DNA from: Bdellovibrionales bacterium
GTDB taxonomy: Bacteria > Pseudomonadota > Alphaproteobacteria > UBA2400
DNA length: 64,000 bases
Assembly (NCBI GenBank): GCA_039808765.1
Contig: JBDHTQ010000004.1
Coordinates: 4,642 to 68,641 of the forward strand
Direction of reading: 5' to 3'
In this document: positions 34,425 to 43,439 of the stretch, in pieces
Layout: the number at the start of each line of letters is the position of its first letter
Position numbering within the stretch: position 1 is the first letter of the stretch
Position numbers and translations under genes: made by a program
The notes under the pieces: generated by a model
What the model saw: only the letters and a program-made list of their open reading frames with translations
Told to the model about the DNA's origin: nothing
Databases searched by the model: none

Positions 34425-36713
34425 TTGTTTTTCATTCTTGCGTTTCTGCGGGCGATGTCGCATGAAACAGAGATGGTTTCTCCCACGGCTGTTGCTGCAA
34501 TGACTCTTCCTCATGATCCTTTACCCGACCCTTTTGCGGCGGACCACAGCTATTTAAATACTTTAAACCCCACCCAGCGGCAAGCTGTTGAAGCGTTGGA
34601 CGGGCCTGTCTTGGTTTTGGCGGGGGCGGGTACAGGTAAGACACGTGTTTTAACGACCCGATTGGCTCACTTGCTGATGAGTCGTCCGCTTTCTCCTTTT
34701 CAAGTAATGGCGGTGACGTTCACCAATAAGGCAGCACTTGAGATGCGTGAGCGCGTTGGGCGTTTGGTTGGCCAAGAGCCGCATGGATGGTGGCTTGGGA
34801 CTTTTCATGCTTTGGCGGCGCGGATATTGCGAAGACATGCACCATTGGTGGGGTTGCAAGACAATTTCACGATTCTCGATGCGGATGATCAATTGCGGTT
34901 GATAAAACAATTGATGGAGATTCATCATCTCGATCAACAGACCAATCCGGCCAAAAGTATTCTTGCTCAGGTGCAAAAATGGAAGGATCGGGGGGAAGAG
35001 CCTCACCGCGTTACGGGTGTTGGAACCGAAGATCAACGCCGTATTTTACGTCTTTACGAGGCGTATCAAGAGCGCCTTAAAAGCCTGAATGTTTGTGACT
35101 TTGGCGATTTGCTTTTGCACAACCTTACCATTTTTCGTGAACATCCAGATGTTTTGCAAGAATGGCAAAATCGTTTTCGTTATGTCTTGGTTGATGAATA
35201 TCAAGATACAAATCTTGCACAGTATTTGTGGCTGCGATTACTGGCGCAAGCACATCACAATCTTTGCTGTGTCGGCGATGATGATCAATCGATTTATGGA
35301 TGGCGCGGCGCCGAGGTGGGCAACATTTTGCGCTTTGAACAGGATTTTCCCGGCGCGCAGCTGATTCGTCTTGAGCAAAACTACCGCTCAACGGGGCATA
35401 TTCTCGGTGCTGCTTCGGGATTAATTGCCAAGAACCGTGAACGGTTAGGCAAAACGCTTTGGACTGAAGCCGACAAAGGGGAAAAAGTTGTGGTGCGTGG
35501 TTTGTGGGACAGCGAAGAAGAGGCTCGCTGGATCGGGGAAGAAATCGAGGCAGCGCAACGCAAAAAAATGTTATTGTCCGATATGGCGATTTTGGTGCGA
35601 GCGGGCTTTCAAACGCGTGAATTTGAAGAACGCTTTGCTGTGATGGGGGTTCCTTATCGTGTCATTGGCGGCGCGCGTTTTTACGAACGGGCAGAAATTC
35701 GCGATGCATTGGCGTACCTGCGTCTTTTACAGCAGCCTGCCGATGACTTGGCGTTTGAGCGGATTATTAATTTACCGGCACGCGGAGTGGGACCAGCAAA
35801 ACTTAAACTTATTCGCGACGAAAGTCAGCAGAAACACGTTTCTCTTTTTCAGGCAACCGCACAGTTGTGTGAGCGTAGAGGGTTTCCTGCTAAATTAAAC
35901 GCAACACTTACCGATCTGGTGGGCAATTTTGCCCGCTGGCGGCAAAAGCTGGAAGAGATGCCGCATCCGCAAGTGGCGTCATTGGTCTTGGATGAAACCG
36001 GTTATCTTGCGATGTGGCGGTTGGACAAATCCCCCGAAGCTCCAGGCCGAATTGAGAACTTGAAAGAGCTGATTACGGCCATGGCGGCATATGAATCCCT
36101 CGGCGCTTTTCTTGAACATGTAGCCTTGGTGATGGAGCTTTCAGAAACAGCGGGAGAAGATGCCGTTACGCTTATGACATTGCATGCCGCCAAGGGTTTG
36201 GAGTTCGATTTGGTTTTTTTACCTGGATGGGAAGAAGGGATTTTTCCGTCTTTGCGCTCATTGGAAGAGAGTGGTGAAAAGGCATTGCAAGAAGAACGAC
36301 GGCTCGCTTATGTCGGGCTCACACGTGCGCGCAAAAAAGCGGTGATTTCATACGTGGCGCGACGGCGTATACGCGGGATGTGGGAGGATGCTTTACCTTC
36401 CCGCTTTATCGGCGATTTACCCAGTGAACATATTGAGCCGTTGCAAAGTCGGGGGTTATATGCACCCCTGGCCGGGCGGCTTGATGCGCGCACAGGCTTA
36501 AGCGGGTGGTCATCTTCGGGCAGCACATTTTCTTCGCCCTCTTACCGGACGGCTGTAACGGCTCATTCCTTCTCGCGCGGGGTGCGGATTTCCCACAAGC
36601 GTTTCGGTGAGGGGCTTGTGCAAAGTGTGGAGGGCGACAAACTGACCATTGCCTTTGACGATGGAGAGGTTAAACAGATTATTGCTTCTTATGTAACGCT
36701 GGCGGATGAATGA
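34425..36713 (+). CDS. uvrD: UvrD/Rep-family DNA helicase II
   Basis: GPVLVLAGAGTGKTRVLTTRLAHL is motif I; motifs II-VI follow (VLVDEYQDTN, VGDDDQSIYGWRGA). Confidence 0.9.
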   Translation: MFFILAFLRAMSHETEMVSPTAVAAMTLPHDPLPDPFAADHSYLNTLNPTQRQAVEALDGPVLVLAGAGTGKTRVLTTRLAHLLMSRPLSPFQVMAVTFTNKAALEMRERVGRLVGQEPHGWWLGTFHALAARILRRHAPLVGLQDNFTILDADDQLRLIKQLMEIHHLDQQTNPAKSILAQVQKWKDRGEEPHRVTGVGTEDQRRILRLYEAYQERLKSLNVCDFGDLLLHNLTIFREHPDVLQEWQNRFRYVLVDEYQDTNLAQYLWLRLLAQAHHNLCCVGDDDQSIYGWRGAEVGNILRFEQDFPGAQLIRLEQNYRSTGHILGAASGLIAKNRERLGKTLWTEADKGEKVVVRGLWDSEEEARWIGEEIEAAQRKKMLLSDMAILVRAGFQTREFEERFAVMGVPYRVIGGARFYERAEIRDALAYLRLLQQPADDLAFERIINLPARGVGPAKLKLIRDESQQKHVSLFQATAQLCERRGFPAKLNATLTDLVGNFARWRQKLEEMPHPQVASLVLDETGYLAMWRLDKSPEAPGRIENLKELITAMAAYESLGAFLEHVALVMELSETAGEDAVTLMTLHAAKGLEFDLVFLPGWEEGIFPSLRSLEESGEKALQEERRLAYVGLTRARKKAVISYVARRRIRGMWEDALPSRFIGDLPSEHIEPLQSRGLYAPLAGRLDARTGLSGWSSSGSTFSSPSYRTAVTAHSFSRGVRISHKRFGEGLVQSVEGDKLTIAFDDGEVKQIIASYVTLADE

Positions 36714-37672
36714 CTTTATCTTCTCGACTTTTTTGTGCCGTTTTGCTCGTTGTAATGAGCGTTTGTCCTCTTACGGCCTTTGCTGCTGATCAGGCGTTGC
36801 CGCTCAGTCAAGCCAATTCCCGCCTTCAAGATGTGGGATCGTTGCATTTTTTGGGCGCAATCGTTGTGCCCCCCGGTCCGGGAAAACTGGGCGGTTTGTC
36901 TGGGTTGGCTTTCAACGATCAGCATGAGCTGGTGGCGTTATCAGATGATTTTCGCATTTACCAAGCTATTCCTCAATGGGTGGGGGGGCGTTTGGTGGGG
37001 TGTGCCTTTAAAATCGGGCAACGGCTGCGTGATCTTGACGGGGGGGTGCCAAAGAATCGCTTTCATGCCGACTCTGAAGGGCTCGTGCACTTAAAAGAAG
37101 GTGGCTGGTTGATCTCGCTTGAACGGGATCATCGGATTTTGCACTTTAGTGAAGATCAGGATGTGCCGAGCGGCATGCCCAGCCTTTATGCACGCCTCGC
37201 CGATTTTGCCGCTCTTTCGGTGAATGCTGGATTAGAATCAATTACCGAACTGAAAGATGGCCGTATTTTAACATTGGCCGAAGATATGAATAGCGACGGT
37301 ACGCATCCGGGATGGTTGTTGCAAAATGGCAACGGAGAGCGGCTAAGTTATGATTCACCGCTGGGCTTGGCACCTTCTGATGCAGCGACCTTGCCGAATG
37401 GCGATGTGCTTGTACTGGAGCGTGGCTTCAATCTGCTTTTTAACTTCCGCGCCCGGCTTGTACGGATTAAAAAGGAAGCGATCGAGCCTGGCAAAATACT
37501 CAAAGGAGATGTTGTTGCTGTCTTGGAAAGCCCTTTAATCACTGAAAATTTTGAAGGTTTGGCCGTTGATCCTCAAAGTGATGGGTCGGTTATTTTGTAT
37601 CTTGTATCGGATAATAACTTTAACGCCGCTCAGCGTACCATCCTTGCTGCATTCCATTATTCGTTTGAGTAA
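36710..37672 (+). CDS. Hypothetical secreted protein, translationally coupled to uvrD (ATGA overlap); possibly phytase-like esterase beta-propeller family
   Basis: Signal peptide MTLSSRLFCAVLLVVMSVCPLTAFAADQA. Length 320 aa. The family assignment is weak. Confidence 0.4.
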   Translation: MTLSSRLFCAVLLVVMSVCPLTAFAADQALPLSQANSRLQDVGSLHFLGAIVVPPGPGKLGGLSGLAFNDQHELVALSDDFRIYQAIPQWVGGRLVGCAFKIGQRLRDLDGGVPKNRFHADSEGLVHLKEGGWLISLERDHRILHFSEDQDVPSGMPSLYARLADFAALSVNAGLESITELKDGRILTLAEDMNSDGTHPGWLLQNGNGERLSYDSPLGLAPSDAATLPNGDVLVLERGFNLLFNFRARLVRIKKEAIEPGKILKGDVVAVLESPLITENFEGLAVDPQSDGSVILYLVSDNNFNAAQRTILAAFHYSFE

Positions 37673-37788
37673 GATTTTTGTAAGGCGTTTACCTCTGATA
37701 AATCTTTTGCAAGCTATTGTCTTAATTCGAAGTATCCGCTAGAAAGGATATATCTTTTTATTTTCTCATGAGGACGGCAGTTTAGACA

Positions 37789-38304
37789 ATGCGTCACATA
37801 CGATCCGCTCTTTTAGTTTCTCTCGTTTTTTTAAGCGCTTGCGCCACAAAAACGGACCTTCCGCCTGTCGATAAGACCCATGTGGAAGTCACGAATTCCG
37901 GCGCACCGAGCAGCGCTGAAGTGACAGCGCGCTTGGCAGAGGCCGCACAGAGGACCGCCGATGCGGTTGAAAGTTTGGCTTCGATTGAGCAGGCGCGTAC
38001 ACCCGAGCTTTATACGCCCATCGTGGCGGATGCTCCGGCTGAGCTACGTTTGCTGGTAACGATTCAGTGGAACGGTCCATGGGAAAATCTTCTTAAGGTG
38101 ATGGCTGAGCGCGTGAACTATGATTTCCGCATCATCGGCAAGTCGCCTCCCACACCGATTGTGGTGGTGGTTGATGCGCGCCAGCAGCCGTATGTTGATA
38201 TTATGAGAAATATTGGTTTGCAGGCGGCTGGTCGTGCTGATCTGGTTCTCGATTCACGTAACAGAGTGGTGGAAGTGCGCTATGCTCCGGATACCGGCCG
38301 TTAA
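37789..38304 (+). CDS. DotD/TraH-like lipoprotein (type IVB secretion outer-membrane lipoprotein with secretin-N0-like domain)
   Basis: Lipobox FLSAC. It is 171 aa, matching DotD in size. The C-terminal alpha/beta domain reads LLVTIQWNGPWENLLKVMAERVNYDFRIIG...VVVVDARQQPYVDIMRNIGLQAAGRADLVLD. It is the first gene of a DotD-DotC-DotB-IcmT-ordered block. Confidence 0.55.
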   Translation: MRHIRSALLVSLVFLSACATKTDLPPVDKTHVEVTNSGAPSSAEVTARLAEAAQRTADAVESLASIEQARTPELYTPIVADAPAELRLLVTIQWNGPWENLLKVMAERVNYDFRIIGKSPPTPIVVVVDARQQPYVDIMRNIGLQAAGRADLVLDSRNRVVEVRYAPDTGR

Positions 38305-39310
38305 GCGGTCTCTTTCCTTGACGGTTGAAAAAACCATTCTCACCAGCGTAATGGCCAGCGTGATGGTGACCGTGTTGTTGTGCGGTGTGCTTCCGGCCTG
38401 GGCCGATCCCAATGGCGATAAAATGGGGCGTCCTGACCAAATGCGGATGATTGATAATCATGATAGCACCACCTCGGCTGACCCCTACGATACCCCCATT
38501 TTTGTCCCGCAAACAAAGCCGGCTTATGATGAAACGACCCCGCCAGACATCAATGCAATGGTCAACGAACAGGGAAGCGGTTTAACTGAAGCGCAACGTT
38601 CGGCTATGAAAATTCGTGCCGACGCATTACATGAGGCTGCACTGTCATATGGTGCGCGGGGTGGATTGGCGCGTCGTACATGGGAAATTCGCCAAGAATT
38701 AAATCATTCTTCCAATGATTTGGATCGTACTTATAATTTTCGGCAACTTCTGATTTCAGCGCCTTCTGGTTTGTTGATTGAGCCACCGGTTGTAACTGAA
38801 GCGCAAAAGAATGTTATTGTGTCGGGTGATGGCCAGCAGGCTGCAGTTACTGATCAGCTCTTGAGCATTGGTCGCGAGGCAAGAATTGTGACGGCCGCGC
38901 GTGAGTGGCGTACCTATCTTGAGCGTGACTGGGGTCGAGTTGAGGCTCCGCCGGATGTTTTACTTCCCCGCACTGAGCAAGAGCGTTTGGCATGGGCTCA
39001 ATGGGTTGCCCAAGGGTGGGAAGCGGGTTATCATCAAGGGGATGAGATTTTTCAGTCCGACCTTGATCGGCTTGTGCGTGACTATACCGGCATGGTGCGT
39101 TATCGCTGGCTTTTGGCGCAAAACATGATTTCTCCGCCGTTTGCGCTTCAGCAAGATCGGGGCATTACAGGGGGCGGCAACGAAATGCGCATTGGCGATC
39201 GTGCCTTGTCGATCACGGGGCGCTCTCAATTGCAAGCAAAGCCTGAAGTTTGGCAAGCGGTTCCGCGCACACCGTTACGGTCTGCGTCAGGTGGGGCGAA
39301 CGGTGAGTAG
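38281..39310 (+). CDS. DotC/TraI-like protein (type IVB secretion outer-membrane component)
   Basis: WLLAQNMISPPFALQQDRGITGGGNEMRIGDRALSITG and EAALSYGARGGLARRTWEIRQELN match remembered DotC blocks (LLAMNMVSPPYV...GVTGDGSEIHIDDRVLRIT and ETALSVGAQAGLAWRAKIIDEQLN). The start overlaps the dotD-like stop. Confidence 0.7.
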
Positions 39311-40442
39311 TGCAGCTGGAACGAAGCTTCTTCAAATAGAGACGTGGCCGACTGAGCCCCCACGCATTACTGATGACCTTGTTGATGATCTCATCATGTA
39401 TTGCGTTAAAAATCAGGCCAGCGATATTTCGCTGCAGACAGACCGTCAGGCCTATGCTGAAATTTATGGTATTATTTATCCTTTAACCCAGCGCGTGTTG
39501 GATCCTGCCGATTTGAATGCATTTATGACACGCCTGTACGGGGTTGATGCTGCCGCCAAGCTGGCAGCTGCACGCGACCTTGATCTTTCTTATGAAATCA
39601 AGATCGATCGTTTTACGCGTGTGCGTTTTCGCGTCAATATGACGGCGATTCAGAGTAAAGGGCGCGACGCAGTTCAGATTACAATGCGGGTGTTACCCAG
39701 TGTGCCTCCTTCGTTGGTGGATCTTGGTATTGAATCGGAAATTGTTGACAATTTTGCTCCACGCCAGGGATTGGTTTTGGTCACAGGGCCAACAGGTTCG
39801 GGTAAAACGACGTTGCTGGCGGCGGGCATGCGTACCTTGATTGAGCGTGGGTGCGGCAAAATCCTTACCTATGAAGCGCCAATCGAATTTACTTACGATT
39901 CGGTGACCAATCCGCAAAGCTTGGTCGCGCAAACAGAAATTCCCCGGCATTTGCCGAGCTTTGCCGCAGGGGTGCGCAATGCCTTGCGCCGTAAGCCTAA
40001 CATCATTTTGGTGGGTGAATCGCGTGATCGTGAAACGGTTTCTGCGGCGATTGAGGCTGGGCAAACGGGTCATGCTGTGTACACGACCGTTCATACCCTT
40101 GGGGTTGCGGCTACATTGCGTCGTATGGTGTCTGTTTTTGACCCAAACGAGCGTGCCGAGCGCGCTGCCGCTTTGATGGAAACACTGCGCTTGGTCGTTA
40201 CGCAGGCGCTGGTTCCGCGCTTGACGGGTGGGCGCATTGCTGTACGCGAGTGGATGGTTTTTGATGATTCAGTGCGGGAAGAATTGTTGGATATGCCTCA
40301 GGAACGCTGGGCAAACCGCATTCAACAGATGTTACCGGATCGTGGACAAACGATGCAAAAATCGTCTAAAATAGCTTATGAACAAGGTCAAATTGATCGC
40401 CGTTACTACTTGATGTTGGCGCGCGGCAGTATGGATGGATAA
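39303..40442 (+). CDS. DotB/TraJ/PilT-family secretion ATPase
   Basis: Walker A GLVLVTGPTGSGKTTLLAAGMRTL; the Asp box and Walker B IILVGESRD; the His box HAVYTTVHT. The likely GTG start at 39303 overlaps the upstream stop (GTGAGTAG). Length is about 379 aa. Confidence 0.75.
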   Translation: MSSAAGTKLLQIETWPTEPPRITDDLVDDLIMYCVKNQASDISLQTDRQAYAEIYGIIYPLTQRVLDPADLNAFMTRLYGVDAAAKLAAARDLDLSYEIKIDRFTRVRFRVNMTAIQSKGRDAVQITMRVLPSVPPSLVDLGIESEIVDNFAPRQGLVLVTGPTGSGKTTLLAAGMRTLIERGCGKILTYEAPIEFTYDSVTNPQSLVAQTEIPRHLPSFAAGVRNALRRKPNIILVGESRDRETVSAAIEAGQTGHAVYTTVHTLGVAATLRRMVSVFDPNERAERAAALMETLRLVVTQALVPRLTGGRIAVREWMVFDDSVREELLDMPQERWANRIQQMLPDRGQTMQKSSKIAYEQGQIDRRYYLMLARGSMDG

Positions 40443-40481
40443 AGTATCAGTGCGCTTGTTTGATAGAAGAGGAGCTGGCTT

Positions 40482-40781
40482 ATGCAATTAGAACCAAATC
40501 GTTGGCATTGGCGTGACAGCATGCTGCCTGCCCGTTTCTTTATCTTTGACGCGCGTGCTGCTATTTTTATCGTTTTTGTGGTCTTACGTATGGTGAGCCT
40601 ATACACGTGGGGTGCTTTTTTTCTAGCGTTGGTTTTTTTCTACATTCTTGAGCGGCTTGGTTTGACATTTGAGGCTGCCTTGCGACGTATGCGTTCTCTC
40701 CTGACGGGGAAAAAACGACCTGCCTATATTTGGACGTCGACCCGTCGCATGATCGATATGGGGGCGAACCCACTCTCTTAA
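40482..40781 (+). CDS. IcmT/TraK-like small inner-membrane protein
   Basis: 99 aa with two transmembrane segments. The N-terminal WHWRDSMLPARFFIFDARAAIFIVF matches the IcmT/TraK HWRDS...PRFF..D signature. Confidence 0.6.
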   Translation: MQLEPNRWHWRDSMLPARFFIFDARAAIFIVFVVLRMVSLYTWGAFFLALVFFYILERLGLTFEAALRRMRSLLTGKKRPAYIWTSTRRMIDMGANPLS

Positions 40782-40810
40782 ATTACCGATTCGAATTGGG
40801 TAATTTTTTT
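40782..40810 (+). terminator. Candidate intrinsic terminator between the IcmT-like gene and the pil-like operon
   Basis: A stem attacc...ggtaat with an 11 nt loop, followed by tttttt. Confidence 0.4.
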
Positions 40811-40948
40811 CGCGATATCATCTTTACTCGGATTGCCAGAAGGTTAACTTTGTGGCAAACATACCTTCACCGGGGAGAGGCGCGTGTGCTGGGCTCAGTT
40901 CATGCGCACATTGCGTTATGATGTTTCTTCTATAAAAAGGGTGAAAAA

Positions 40949-43435
40949 ATGATGTTGCGCCAAGGCCTCAGAAAATTTTCGTATCAATTCTTGTTGTCGT
41001 CGGTGTTTTTTCTGGCACTTGTGCCTGGCGTTCATGCAGAAGATGCGCGTGCTCCTTTGGCGCGTGCAATTCAGAATATTGTTCCTTCTGGAACCGTGGT
41101 TGTTTATGATCCGGCTGTAAACATTGAGGCGATGGTGGTTGCCCCGGAAGGTAAGGGTGAATGGCTCGCACAGGTGCAACAGATTGCTGATCAAGCGCAT
41201 CTCTCTGTTAAGCAGGAAGATAGTATTCTTCACATTAGCAACAGCGATCAAGATGGAGCCACAGCGGCTTCGCCGGATGTCGTGACCACGCCGGTAGCGC
41301 TTTCCTCTGCAGGGGATGAAGAAGAGAAGTGGGTTGATCAAGGCAAAACGCTCCCGCAAGACACTGCGCCATTAAGCGTTGTCGATGTGCCTGAAACAGC
41401 CACAACGCAAAAGGCGACAGAACAAAAAGTTGCAATGGCTCAAGAGGCCATCACAGAGTCGGTTGGGGCTTCTGCAAACAGTGCCGTAACATCTGGAACG
41501 ATACCGGCCTCGCCGATGCTGACGGAATCTTCAACGCCGGGCGACACTTCTCATGCGAAGGGGGTTGTTCTTGCTTCTAGCAAAAACTTGCCCCAGCAAC
41601 CTGAGCCTTCAGCCGTGACGGCGACGACACCCGACAGCGCGCCAGCAGTTAGTGTGGATTCAGCGGGGGGTGTGGCGATTAACGGTCAACCTGAGACCGC
41701 GCCGATTATTGCATCACCTAACGCGTCAGAGGCGTCACCCGTTGCAACGGGAATGGCTGATACACTTCGTCAAGCCGCGCAAACAGATATTAAGCCTACA
41801 GAAACTTCACCTGTAGTCCAGCCTGTGGCAAGTAATGAAGCAGAAAGCACGCCGCGCACGACAGGGCAAAGCGAGGCAGTATCTGATTCTTCGATTATGC
41901 CGCTTACACCAGCTTCTGAAAAATCAGCCCTTGTTAAGAAAGACTGGGTTGTATCGCCTGTAAAAAAACCCGCTAAACCGACCGTTAACCCGGGCAGTGT
42001 TTCTGTTCAAGCCGCAGATGCTACCGTGAATACACCAGCCTCGGCCCGTTTGGTGAGCGGTACGGTTATGGGAACACCGCGCTGGACAGGTCACCAGGAA
42101 AATCAAGGAAAATTGCGCGATTCCTCTGTCGAAACTTTGTCAGCGGCGGCCCCTGTTCGTGCGTCTGTTGCTGTGCCAGCCCCTGCAATTGCAACCCCAC
42201 CAGCATCCCCAGTTTCATTGACTCTCGATCAAGATGCATCAATGAATGTGCCAGCTCCGATTGGTGTTCGGCAGGATCGCTTAACTGAAACCCCCCTTCC
42301 CAGTAAGGATGCCACACCTGCCCCAAAGGTGGATAAGGTCTTGAGCAAAGCCGTTGAGATTTCCGCCGCTTCAGAAAAATCGTCTACCATGATGACCAAA
42401 GAAGTTGCTCCTGCCCCTGTTGCACACAATGTGACGGGTAATTCATCGTTGGCGCAAGGTACAGTCATGGGGGTTCCGCAATATGATGCGCGTCGTGAAG
42501 CGCGACCCACCAACACCTCGGCTGGAGCAGCTTTGAATGCCGGATCAGTTGGGGGTGTATCGCTTACTTCTGTTTCATCAGCGGGATCGATGCAGGCTGT
42601 GGGCATGATGTCGTTGGGGGGGGCAATTTCAAAACTCAAACCTGCGAAATATCATGTTGTCTATGCTTCCGATGTTGATCCAAGTGTTTCTGTCAATGTT
42701 CCTATGCAGGGGACGTGGCAGGAAAAACTTTCGGCAATTGCTGTGGCCGCTTCCGTGCGGATTGAAGATTCACAAGGGACGCTGACGATTAGGCGCGCTG
42801 TTGAACAAACGAATGGTGCGCCTGTGGTTGCAGCGCCGACTGCATCCCCTGTACATGTATCTATACCCTCATCTGCACCTTTAACAAATAGTGTTCGTGC
42901 TGCGCCAGCAACAGTTGCGCCAGCTGCAGGAAACCCTACAGCGCCCGCTGAAGGGGAACATGAGACCGTGATTCAAACAACCGAAACGGTTGTTGAAGAC
43001 AATGTTTCATCGGACACAACATCTTCTTCATCCCCTCCTCCTGTTGCTCCAACGCCAGAACAGGCAGCGCAAGCAAATGCACAACCCGTTTCTCCACCAA
43101 TGAAAGAGCCTGTGGGGAGTAACTTCGATCCAAATCAGGCCGAGCGTCCTGTTGCCGCACGAGGATTGTGGCAAGCCGAACGTGGTTCGTCTTTGCGTGA
43201 TGTTTTACAATCTTGGTGTGATCGTGCCGGTGTGCAACTGGTTTGGTCGAGTCAATTCGATTTTCCGCTTCAAGCCACAGTTTCTTTGGACGATACGTTT
43301 GAAGGGGCTGTCCGTACGTTGCTGGGGGGATTTTCCTCTGCTTCGCCGCGTCCAGTTGCTCAGCTTCATCGGCAAGCAAATTTTGGCACACGTGTTTTGA
43401 TCGTTCAGACACGCGGTAATCGTTACGGGGAATAA
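40949..43435 (+). CDS. Giant PilL-like secreted protein: signal peptide, roughly 600 aa Ala/Pro/Ser/Thr/Val-rich low-complexity spacer, C-terminal TcpQ-like domain
   Basis: Signal peptide MMLRQGLRKFSYQFLLSSVFFLALVPGVHA. The C-terminal ARGLWQAERGSSLRDVLQSWCDRAGVQLVWSSQFDFPLQATVSLDDTFEGAVRTLL resembles TcpQ/PilL secretin-accessory domains. It sits immediately upstream of the secretin, 4 bp away. Confidence 0.45.
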   Translation: MMLRQGLRKFSYQFLLSSVFFLALVPGVHAEDARAPLARAIQNIVPSGTVVVYDPAVNIEAMVVAPEGKGEWLAQVQQIADQAHLSVKQEDSILHISNSDQDGATAASPDVVTTPVALSSAGDEEEKWVDQGKTLPQDTAPLSVVDVPETATTQKATEQKVAMAQEAITESVGASANSAVTSGTIPASPMLTESSTPGDTSHAKGVVLASSKNLPQQPEPSAVTATTPDSAPAVSVDSAGGVAINGQPETAPIIASPNASEASPVATGMADTLRQAAQTDIKPTETSPVVQPVASNEAESTPRTTGQSEAVSDSSIMPLTPASEKSALVKKDWVVSPVKKPAKPTVNPGSVSVQAADATVNTPASARLVSGTVMGTPRWTGHQENQGKLRDSSVETLSAAAPVRASVAVPAPAIATPPASPVSLTLDQDASMNVPAPIGVRQDRLTETPLPSKDATPAPKVDKVLSKAVEISAASEKSSTMMTKEVAPAPVAHNVTGNSSLAQGTVMGVPQYDARREARPTNTSAGAALNAGSVGGVSLTSVSSAGSMQAVGMMSLGGAISKLKPAKYHVVYASDVDPSVSVNVPMQGTWQEKLSAIAVAASVRIEDSQGTLTIRRAVEQTNGAPVVAAPTASPVHVSIPSSAPLTNSVRAAPATVAPAAGNPTAPAEGEHETVIQTTETVVEDNVSSDTTSSSSPPPVAPTPEQAAQANAQPVSPPMKEPVGSNFDPNQAERPVAARGLWQAERGSSLRDVLQSWCDRAGVQLVWSSQFDFPLQATVSLDDTFEGAVRTLLGGFSSASPRPVAQLHRQANFGTRVLIVQTRGNRYGE

Positions 43436-43439
43436 AGCC

